From assembly GCA_038496445.1 (NCBI GenBank), contig JALMLS010000255.1, positions 558,001-622,000 of the forward strand: a stretch of DNA of 64,000 nucleotides, written 5' to 3'. The position numbers and the translations under genes are program-made. Source of the stretch: Trichosphaerium sp. ATCC 40318 (taxonomy: Eukaryota; Protista; Tubulinea). A model generated the notes under the pieces. The model was not told the DNA's origin, did no database searches, and worked only from the letters and a program-made list of their open reading frames with translations. Below, in pieces: positions 12,627 through 23,068 of this stretch (positions are counted from its first letter, which is position 1; each line of letters begins with the position of its first letter).

Positions 12627-15600
12627 TCATAGCAACGATGCCTCACGTGAGGATAGTGAGACTGTTGGTTTGTCTGACGTAGAGCTTGGTATAGAACCCT
12701 TATTTCCACTTGATTGTCCAGATTTGGTAGGTGCAGTAGTTTGCTTAGCCATACAAATACACAATCTGGTCTTGTGAAGAAAGAATGCGTTGACAGTGAT
12801 TGCTGAACATAACAATTAGTGAGGAACTATGAGTAAGAGCGTACCTGAACCAAGAATAATAAACACAGATACAAGAAAGAACCTTGTGAATCTATTGATA
12901 TCTGTTGCAGCGAGAACAACACTCAATACTGAAAAGAAAAATACGTTGTAAACTGCGAAAAAGATGATTTGTGACTCATTGAATCTCTTGATTGGTATTG
13001 TCCGTATCCTGAATGCATAGATACTACACACCAATAACAAAATAGCCTGTGTTTACAAGCGTTAATAAACAGTGCTCGTATTATGTAGAGAAATAATGCA
13101 AAGGACTTACGTTGGAGGCACCAATGATGTACATCATAATTAGAAAAGCTGTGTCGTAATTACATGCGTTGTAGTTTTGGAAAACTCTGATTGGATCCAC
13201 AACGACTATCTCGCTCTCAAAATGTCCAAGGCCTGTCTGATAACTTATTTTAGTACGTATATGAAAACAACATTACGTACTAGTACTGCAAGAAGAATAA
13301 GATGACATACAACAAGACTAGCAACCCATAAGAAAACCATCTTGTCAGAAATCCTGATTATTTCTGTTGTTTTCATGTGATACAATCTATCAAGACGAAG
13401 TGTCTTTCCAAGCAACGGCCTTTGTTGCAGTGAGTATAATTTAGCATTTGTTTAGTGTTGTTCACTTACCCAAAAAGAAGAATGAATCCGAGATCTAACA
13501 CCCAAATACACAAAACGCAAGTAACTTTTGAGTTGATATTTGGCATTAGAGTGAACACTGATAGATACAACAATGAGCTTCCAAGTAACATCACACCCAT
13601 AAATAGTGGTGACGACGCCTTGAGGTACAATAAGAAATAGTAGAAGATAGATATTCGTACTTTGACATCTCTGTTGTTCAAATTGAGAGGAAGAAATATT
13701 GCCCATCCAATGTTCACACATAATAACAGCACTACAATGATTGTCACAAATATCTCAGTCCAGTGACCTTAATGATACGTTAGGGGATTTTTATCAACAA
13801 AAAACCGAGCCTAGGTACGGAGATCGTACCATATTGTGGGTCGAAGACACGCTCATGCCATTTGGGCATTGGATAGATCAAGTCTGCTTGTTTCGTTGTT
13901 GGTGGTCCTTAGTAAACAAAGTTAAGATGCTAAAGCATAAAGCAAGCGTACCAATGAGAATGAATTTACCCTTTTCTTGTAGTTGAAGATGCAACCAATC
14001 TCTACAAAGGCCGTTGTCAATAAATTAATCACGTGATTCAAAATTTTATCAGTATCATTTGTCATGCCTTTGTTGAGCAGCATTTCCATTCCACGAGTAT
14101 ATTCCGCCAATTGAATCAATCTTTTGACGTATTATATTCTGATACAGGATGTCTGCGAGCTAAAAAAAACAAATCAATCACGTTTTTCTCCTTTTGCGTG
14201 ACGTACAATGTCTCCTCCACAGTTGTTTGTATTGCTTGAGACGAGTTCCAGTCTTGAGGCATTATTTACCTAGAAGCACGCCTTTAGATATATTGCACGT
14301 GATCGTGTCTTGTTTCTTTTAGTACTTTGAGGGTGTTTCCGTCGTTAATAGCTGTTTTAATAGCAGCGTTCAAAGCAGAAAGCCAAGGAGAAAATGGAAT
14401 AGCTTCACCTGCAAACTCAGCGCCATACCTTTCTCGATACCCTTGTTGTATGTTTGTAGTGTTACCAAAGTATTTCGTTGGAGGAAACGTCATATCGTCC
14501 CAGAACTATAATACATTTAGAAGGACCAAAAAGTTGTTACTGTGAAAGGTTGTACATCGATGCTTGCAGTAACATACTGCCAAAGGTCTTGATCAAATAC
14601 TGTGTTTCTATTGTGCGGAGACATTGATATACCGATATATCGTGGTGTATAATCAAGTTGACGCAATGTATTCATCATAGCACCAACAGAATCTGGAATT
14701 GTAACACAAAATAACCTAGGGACTGGGTTGGTATGTGACGAAAACAGTAAAGCACGTTTTTGAATCCATCAATAAATGGTGTGTATAAAATTAATGTATA
14801 CTTGCGTACCATGCATCAGCGTCATCTTCTTTGGCAAGTACTGCCGTTTGCGATATGTTGGCAAGCAGGTCATCTGTAAAGTTTGTATATGGTTTAGTTG
14901 TGAACTCAAAGATGTTCCCGCTTGTTATAGTATATTCAGATTTGACGCTGAACCCTTGAAGTCTAAGTTCATCTCTGAATAAGCTACTCTTACACCTTGA
15001 GAAAAGTAAGAAAACTAGCGAGTCGGAGTTTCAGAAAACTCGGAATTATAATTTTTGTACCTTTGAGTAACACCATTTTCAGCCTCATCTTCAGCTTCTG
15101 TTGTAATGATTGTTATCGTTTTGGCTCCAACAACGCGAAGAGAAGGTAACGTAGCAAAAAATATAGTTGATGGCGACAATCCAACAGATAGACAGCAGGT
15201 GTGGCCAGCAGACTGCTCATTAAATAAATTACTGATGGACACTACAATGGAGTTGAGTACAACAACAAAAATGAATTAAATATTGATTGACTCACACATC
15301 AAACGATTGTTCGCGTTCATCAACGGTATTATAGGCGGGGCACGGGTTGTTACACTGGGAGATAAGAAGAACGATATTGAAGGGTCGTTCAAGGCTTCAC
15401 GGTAAAGCTCCTCAGCGTACGTTTTGTTTAGGAAATCGTTTACAATCCTACAAAGCCGAATTGTTATTTTTGTTTGTCACGTGATTAATCGACTCACTTC
15501 ATCCTAAGTTTAATTTTCTCGCCGTCTATTATCAAAGGATCATCGCTTTCAACCAATAAATCGCCCAAATGATCTACAGACTGACTATAGATAACATTAA

Positions 15601-15893
15601 GAATTACTTTTAGTAAAACTAGAACTTTTTTTTTTTTTTGATTTTTAACGAAAACACAAACTACCAATTTCGTACCTAATAGAGTCTATGAATCCATCTA
15701 AAGCCGGTGGCCAAGATGATACGAGAACTTGAAATAAAGCGTCAAAAATTTCGAAAGAGAAAAAACGACTCCGTAACGAGAAGCCAATTCCGTAATACGC
15801 ACGTGACGTAATGTTTCTATATCCACGTGTCGACGGTAAAGTCGCAAAAATTATGACGAAAGTGAGAAATAAACTGCCTCTAGGCGTAAACAT
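12627..15893 (-). CDS. Class C (GABA-B-like) GPCR with a periplasmic-binding-protein-type ectodomain
   Basis: Signal-like N-terminus, ectodomain exons, and 7TM exons with SSPLFMGVMLLG, CIWVLDLGFILLFG, GKTLRL and FNESQIIFFAVYN (7tm_3 motifs). Confidence 0.85.
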
Positions 15894-16740
15894 TATCACA
15901 AGATATTGACTTTGTCGGAGTTGTATCGTTTTTGGGTATTGTTTTCAAAACTACGTGTAGAGTTTTAGATGCGGCAAGATATTTCCGGGTCGTTTTTTTG
16001 TTCACAATTGAATAAGTCAAAATTTTTCATTGAGAGCAAAACCTGTCACAACCAAAAAGGTGTTGTATTCGGAAAAACACAACAATAGAGTAATTAAAGA
16101 AACGAGAGGCTACACACTTTTTTTCTTATGAGGTCACTGCTGAGAAACGAAGGAAGATATAGCTTGTAACTATTGTTTTTATACAAGTATTAGTAGGTAC
16201 ATAGCTGACAGATATCGACTTGTCAGGATTGACGTAGATGAACCTCTGACAGCCACGTGAAGAGGGGAAAATCGTACAGCGAGCATAGTTAAACTTGTAG
16301 CTTTTTTGTTACTGTAATATCTTAAACGAAAGCGAATTTCGAAATTGAGTTTCCACTAATTTAGTAGTCGCAATAAGTCAACTCTTTTGTTCTTAGTTTC
16401 TAACCAATTTTTCAGCTCAGGAACGCTTTTCACTTGAAAACATCTGCGATGGTCTTTATGGGCTATGTCTACTACAATTATACTGTACAGTATGTTTCTA
16501 AAGAAACGTTAAATGCAATTCCTCGAAACGTTGTTTATACTGTTGTAACATGTCACATATTGATGTTTACGTCCACCTCCCATACACCTTTTTTAACTTC
16601 TATAACGTTCCGAATAGGGTTTACCTCGATAAGCGTTAATTGTTTGAACAAGATCACTTACCACAATATTTTCTACACGTGATTAAATACGCTATAAAAC
16701 TTACATGTAACATTACTCTGCTAGTGATACAAGCTACAAA

Positions 16741-17057
16741 GGCTCACCAATCATGTAAACGGAGGATGCTAGCCCCTCCTCTAAAATACGTACCCAGTGC
16801 GTATTTTAGCGTGCTTGGTGTCTAAACCGAGTCAGCCCTGACATTGTCAGTGCCAATAACCGCTATTTGGGGACGCTGGCTTCAGAGTGCTTGTATTACT
16901 ACGATGACTATTGGTTTAGCCGGCGTGAAATCAAAGGGTAGCTCATCCCTTACACCTGACAATGAAGAGGGTGCACGTAAACTGGCTGATAGTCCAAGGC
17001 CAAGCACTGAGCCGTTGAGCGGAGTTGCTGGCCTAGTCTCGTTGGTGTTTTTTTTTT
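16741..17057 (+). ncRNA. Candidate structured ncRNA (about 310 nt), family unknown
   Basis: GC-richer island. Terminal CACCAA/TTGGTG stem and internal stems (GGAGG/CCTCC, CTAAAATACG/CGTATTTTAG, CATTGTCAG/CTGACAATG, AAGGG/CCCTT, AGGCC/GGCCT). Followed by a T run of about 10 nt; TATAAAA upstream at about 16693. Confidence 0.5.
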
Positions 17058-17175
17058 GTTAATGTACTAATTCTCTTTCGAGGTAACGCGTATAACCACT
17101 CTATAACAACAGCCTACCAGATAAAACTAGGTGTGATATCGCCAAGACAACTTTAAGTTTATTGTGTTGATACAA

Positions 17176-20114
17176 TTAATAGTCGCCATAGGTTGATTTA
17201 ATATTACAGTTGATGCCATCATTCCAGTGCTTGTATTCAGGAGTGTAGTATAAAAATACACTTGAGGCGTCACCAGTGTAAGAACCTTCTCCATCCGCCT
17301 ATGTGACATGATTAGGCCAAAAGTACATAAACAGTTTATCAATGATAGAAAGTGTACCTTGACTTCAATGTGAAGATCTACTTTCTGGTTTGGATCCATG
17401 CCACGCCAATATAGCATAACGTTTGAATACCTTATCTCGAAGAAATCTATGATTTCACGTGATACAAGATCCTATTATCAATATCTTAGGAGGCACGTAT
17501 TTAGATGAAAAGGTACCTGTAGTTTCTCTTTGTTAGGTTCAAGGCCACCTGGAAGGCAAATGATCGCCAAGACCATTGGCAAATCGTTTGTTGTTTTGTT
17601 TTTAATTGATACTGCAATCTCACTTGTCTCGTCTTCCTTGAGCTCCTCTGATTTTAGTGCAGACTTCATTAATAGTGGACACTCTTCCGAAGAAGGGTTT
17701 TGAGATGTCAGGTAGGTCAAGTGAAAGGTGTACGGCAAACTCTCCATTGCTCCAAGAGTAATTTTGAACTCATGATCACCACTTGTAAGTGTTTTGGCAA
17801 CTTCAGAGAAATCTATAAATAACTGCATCAGAAACGAGTAAAACAAATAGGTCCTTACCAATATCTACGCATCTTAGATCATTTGGAGTCACCATTGTAA
17901 TGATTTCAGTTTCACCTATAGTCTGGAGAGAAAAAAGTCAGGTAAGCGTTTGTTGCAACACAATTTAGCATATCGTACAGCTACAACTTTTAGCTTGTCT
18001 GTTTGGTTACTATGAGGCATCTTTAAAGATATAGTGAATATAGCACGTAGTGCTTGGATAGTTGCTTGAGGTGTAGCCCAAGAACCATTTGATATTTGAG
18101 ATATAAGGTACTTGGCAGCAGCACCAATATTTGGCATATATTTGCGAGGATTATCGCGCATCCACGCTGTCATTGCAAGACCAGTAGTTTCAATATCAAG
18201 AGAACTTCCACTAGACCTTACAATAGATGAAGTGCTTCCTTCCACTTTACCATCTAAACCACAAATACATGAGTTAAAATAAGAAAAAAAAGAGAAAATT
18301 ACCTTTGGATTGTTTGGAAGCGAGAAAATCAGCTGCTTCACTAGCACCAGTCTTGTTGTTTGTATTCACAAAAGTCATATACATACAGGCCCATACATAT
18401 GAGTTTGTATTACTAGATAACTTGCTATGTTGGCATTGAAGTTCTTTATCCAAACCATCAAGAACACCAACCTCAGTAAGCCCATACAAACAATACGCTA
18501 ACAACCCACTTAGAATAGAAAGAGAAAGCTGGCCTACCATCATTTACGTCTTTTTCAGGAGCTACATAGTTATAACGTCCACTACAGCTTTGAAATCCTC
18601 CTTCACCATCTCTACGACTCAACAACCATTCCTTGGCGCGATCCATAAGAGCTTTATCAACTAAATCGTGTTAGCGTAACAGCTCTTTATATACCAACTA
18701 AGCTGTACCTTCTACTGTTTTGCCAATATCGCTCAGTAACATTAACCCATATGCTGTCAAAGACTCATGAGCAGGTGAACCACCATACCTACAACAATGA
18801 ATAAAGTCACAGCTGATTGCAAAAAACGAAAAAACCCCAACTTCAGCTCTGGCAGTGCCACGGCTCAGTCTTGTATAGCCAGTTTAGTACCATTCAAATC
18901 CTGATGTGTTCTCTGTTTCAAAATCAACAAGCTTCCGGTATCCAACCCTCAGTTTTTCGTGTATGTCAGAAATAAACTCTGTATCTGCACTCTTAGGATT
19001 TTCTTTCAAGAAAATAGCAGTCAAAGCATTTGGATATAAAGTAGATGCAAAATGTTCAAATGACCCACAATGAATATGCGCCATTCCCTTGATTGCATTT
19101 TGGAAAGTGGCCATCAAGCTGGGTTGTAAAGACACGCGTATTTTCACTGTATTAGGCACTACAGAAAATAAGTAAGCTGAAAAGCCCATCCAACTTCCAA
19201 AAAAGAAGACAAAAGTGACGTACCAAGATCAGGTGATATAGTAAATGTATGAGTTCCTGTATCTCGCTTGTTAATTACACCACTTCCAAAGTACTCAACA
19301 GGGAATCCCTTAGCGAAACCATTGAGTAAACACAACCACAATCTAACCTCACCTTGCCAGGCTTCCTGGCACTGAGAGCCAGGTCTTGCTCCACATTTAG
19401 TTCCTTGTAAATCAAAGGTGTCTCAGATGTTCCTGTCGTAACCACGAAGTATGCTACATTATCCACACTAACTGTAGGATTCAATTGAGACCTCAAAGAC
19501 TCTGGAACAATATCTAGAGATCTACCAACAAGTTTTCCGTTTAAAGTCCTGTAAGACAATCATTAACACTTGTTACAAGCTAGTGAGCGTACCAAAACAC
19601 TGTGCCATCAGCTTCAATACCACAACCTACTATCGAACCCTCGCTGAACCTTTGACCCATCTTCGTTTCTGCTTTGTTAAAGAAGAAGTCCCCAGTATCG
19701 CCATGATAAGCCCATGAACTATGATTGGCGTTTAGGAGCCTTTGTTGATTATATCAAATAAAACTGTACTTTTCATAGTGTCCTGGTCTATCACTTGTTA
19801 GTGATATATCGTTTGTAGCGTATCCAATGGCGCAACAGCTAAAAAAAGACTCAATATTTCAGCCTAGTTGATGTATAAGCTTGTATTACCCTTCTCCGTC
19901 ACCCCCTACGCGTAGAAACTTGATATGCACTTCGTAGTACGTAATGGGCGTGTTACATAGTTGAAATACCTTAGGCGCCTAATTAGCCGGATAATACCAC
20001 AATAAGACGATTGTGTACTTGATCTACGCCAGCGTCTCCAAATACAGAAGCGAAAACAACTGATCCATTATCCAGGTCGTTAATAGAACAAGCTTGGCTA
20101 TTTCTCGTTGACAT
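17176..20114 (-). CDS. SPRY domain fused to alpha-2-macroglobulin/TEP C-terminal region (thioester domain and receptor-binding-like domain)
   Basis: SPRY: YYEVHI..CAIGY..SWAYHGDTG..GSIVGCG..TLNG..LNPTV. TED: GSFEHFASTLYPN, GFEWYGGSPAHESLTAYGL, IETTGLA, GSWATPQATIQAL. C-terminus: MVLAIICLPGGLEP and LYYTPE. Confidence 0.85.
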
Positions 20115-20443
20115 GGTGTTATCAGAAGACCTCAAAATAGGTAAAAGCTCCATTCAAGCAAATTCAATGTTACGTTCTGTGATGGAATTACACGATGGCT
20201 GAACACTCTTCAAAACCAAAACCCTACTAAGGCTTCCTATTGGAAACAAACTGGTTGCACGTGAAGTGTCAGTATTACGACAAAAACAATTCACTGAACT
20301 AATTTAAAGACAATTCCGAAATAAAAAAGCAGTTTTATTATATGTTTATGCTGCATTATTGCATAACAGTGTTCACATGTACCCAAGATAAAGTGGTGGT
20401 TTGCTGCAGCAAGCAAATGCAAGCTAACAGTCTAAGTTCTTTC

Positions 20444-22519
20444 TCACATCAAGTCACCCACAACTTGTACGTCTATGACTTCTCCATTGACATAAATACG
20501 CTTTATGTGTTTACGTCCGCTTTCATGCCACTGTGTTGATTCACCGTTGAGTACACCATCAATGTAATTGAATTGACATTGGATTTTACCATTTTGATGC
20601 CATTGCTGGTAGTATCCGTCTTTATACCCATCAATACACGTGTAATTTTCGTCTAGCGCTCCGTTCTCATACCATGTCTCAACAGTACCATTTGATTTTC
20701 CGTTCTTGTACATACACCGTAACTTGAGCTGTCCGTTGTTGTACCACTGTCTATACTTATTGGTCATCTTTCCATTGGTGTACACGCATTCTATTTCGAT
20801 TTGTCCAGCTTCATACCATTGTCTAAACCTTCCGTTCATCTTGCCGTTGACGTACATGCACTCTGTTTTAAGTTGTCCGTTTAAGTACCACTCTTCAAAC
20901 AAACCATTGATGTTGCTATTAAGGTACAAACATCTCTTTTTGAGTGTTCCATTTTCATACCACTCCTGAGACTTTCCATTGCCAGTATTATAATGTGCCT
21001 TTAGGTGGCCATTGTAGTACCATCTCATGACCTCGCCAACCTCAACGCCATCAACATGGTAAGAAAGCTCTCTCATTTGCCCGTTCTCATACCATTCTAT
21101 ACAGTCACCATTCTTCATTCCATCCATTCTGTGAAAGTGTAGTTCAAGCTTCCCATTTTCATACCACATCTTATGCTCACCTTCTTCGTTACCATCTTTA
21201 AAGAAGCAAAGCTCTTTGACTGTTCCATCAGCGTACATATACGAATACGCTCCATCCAACTTGTCATCCTTGTAAATACACTGTTCCTCAAGTGTTCCGT
21301 CTTCATACCACCTTTTGGCAACGCCATTTTTTTTACCATGCTTGTAAATAGCACTTTCTTGGATTCTTCCATTATCATACCATCTCCTGCACTCTCCTTC
21401 AAACTTGTCGTTATAGCTTATATAGAAATGTCGCTTTTTTCCATTCTCAAACCACGTTTTCCGGAGGCCATGCACATTACCGTCCTTGTAAACACATTGT
21501 TCCTTTCTTTCTCCGTTCAGATGCCACTCTTTGTACTCTCCATTTTTTTCACCAGCAATGTAATAGCCCTCTATTTCAGGAGCTCTATCGTTATACCACA
21601 AAGTACAGTGACCGTTTCGTTTGCCGTCAACCCACATGCTTGTTTCTCTAAGTGCGCCATCTTTACACCACCTCTTCATCTCACCTTCTTTGATACCATC
21701 GCTGTAACAGCATTGCACTTTGACTTGTCCGTCTTCATACCATTTTATACACTTGCCCGTCTTATTACCCTTCTCGTAAGTGCACCGTTTTTTGCATTGT
21801 CCGTTCTTATACCACTCTTTGTAGTCGCCATGTCTTTGATTTTCAACATAAGCACAATCAAGTTCACATTGTCCGCTCTGATACCACTTTTTAGCCTTCC
21901 CGTTTTGTTTGCCGTCAGCCCACAAACTGTATTCTTCAGGCTTTCCATTCTGAAACCATTTCTTACACTCTCCATATAGCTTGTTGTCAATGCTTGTGTA
22001 ATCAAGCCGTGGTTTTCCATTACCATACCACCTCTTGCACATTCCGTGTATCTTGCCTGCTTTGAACATGGACTGCTCTTTCGTTACTCCATTCTTGTAC
22101 CACTCGGAACACTCTCCGTTCTTCTTGTCATCTTTGTAAATGCGATGTTCCGCAAGTTGTCCATTCTCATGCCACTTTTTATATTCACCGTTCTTCTTGT
22201 TGTCAATGAAATAACAGTGCACATCGAGTTTGCCGTTCTCGCGCCATTGTTTAAAAACACCATTCTTCTTTCCATCAATCAACAAATACTTAGAACGTAT
22301 ATTGCCACTGTTGTACCAGACCGTCCACATTCCGTGCTTATCAAGGTTTTCATTGTAGTGCGTGCTGATTGCAGCTCGCTTAGATAGCGTATGAAACTTC
22401 TTAAAAGTTTCGTCATTGAAAGAGCACAAATAACGTTGAATATCTCTTGGCAGGTCTAGTAACTCTGTGGGAGGAGCAATGACAATAGGTTGGTATTGTC
22501 CAGGCTTGTTTGTAGTCAT
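20444..22519 (-). CDS. Intronless F-box-like + MORN-variant (YwqK-like) repeat protein, 691 aa
   Basis: Single ORF. N-terminal LLDLPRDIQRYL, then roughly 25 repeats of about 24 aa (GxxxxWYxNGxxxxxxxYxxGKxx). Confidence 0.9.
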   Translation of the reverse strand: MTTNKPGQYQPIVIAPPTELLDLPRDIQRYLCSFNDETFKKFHTLSKRAAISTHYNENLDKHGMWTVWYNSGNIRSKYLLIDGKKNGVFKQWRENGKLDVHCYFIDNKKNGEYKKWHENGQLAEHRIYKDDKKNGECSEWYKNGVTKEQSMFKAGKIHGMCKRWYGNGKPRLDYTSIDNKLYGECKKWFQNGKPEEYSLWADGKQNGKAKKWYQSGQCELDCAYVENQRHGDYKEWYKNGQCKKRCTYEKGNKTGKCIKWYEDGQVKVQCCYSDGIKEGEMKRWCKDGALRETSMWVDGKRNGHCTLWYNDRAPEIEGYYIAGEKNGEYKEWHLNGERKEQCVYKDGNVHGLRKTWFENGKKRHFYISYNDKFEGECRRWYDNGRIQESAIYKHGKKNGVAKRWYEDGTLEEQCIYKDDKLDGAYSYMYADGTVKELCFFKDGNEEGEHKMWYENGKLELHFHRMDGMKNGDCIEWYENGQMRELSYHVDGVEVGEVMRWYYNGHLKAHYNTGNGKSQEWYENGTLKKRCLYLNSNINGLFEEWYLNGQLKTECMYVNGKMNGRFRQWYEAGQIEIECVYTNGKMTNKYRQWYNNGQLKLRCMYKNGKSNGTVETWYENGALDENYTCIDGYKDGYYQQWHQNGKIQCQFNYIDGVLNGESTQWHESGRKHIKRIYVNGEVIDVQVVGDLM

Positions 22520-23068
22520 TATTGGTACTGTTGTCTAAAAAGTACGTCAAAAAAAAGCTGTTCAGTGAAAAAGAAGACAAGAACAAATGAAAACGGGTTG
22601 ATTGATAGTGCTGAATTTCAATATTGATTTAAAGTTGATGTTAATTGTTTTTCGTGCACTTGTGTTGTCTGATGTGTATACTTGAAGTCCAGAAACCTTT
22701 TTGCGAGCTCTTTCAAGAGCAATACACTAAACCACTTGACGTACGTTGTTTTGTTATAATAGTAGAGTTAAACGGTGATTCGTCAAGTATCACCAGCTGT
22801 TGCACAAGTAGTTTGGTATCTGGAAATTAAAAATCACTCAACAAAATCCTTTAAGTAAGTACTGTCACTTAACCGCACAAAAAAACAGTGAAAACATTCC
22901 CCCGCAAGTTTCCTTTGGTACTGCTAGTATAATGGTAGAGTCTCATTGACAGCGTACTGTTCAAATTGGCCCTGGGATCAATAATAATAGTTTGGGAAAT
23001 TGTTTATTTTTCAAATTTTTTTTATCTTTACTGACTTTATGTGCTTTCTTTTTTATTTGTACAACTTA

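Noticed and set aside
12800-12845. Apparent in-frame TAA in the GPCR (IVPH*LLCSA)
   Set aside because: It lies in a GT-AG intron (GTACGC...TGTTCAG) whose removal gives ILGSAITVNAFF.
21173-21979. 268-aa + strand ORF
   Set aside because: Antisense shadow of the MORN-repeat gene, with no recognisable motifs.
22500-22511. 11-mer CAGGCTTGTTT shared with about 50235, near both MORN genes
   Set aside because: Opposite orientation relative to the two genes and coding in one of them, so probably chance. No TIR or TSD was seen.
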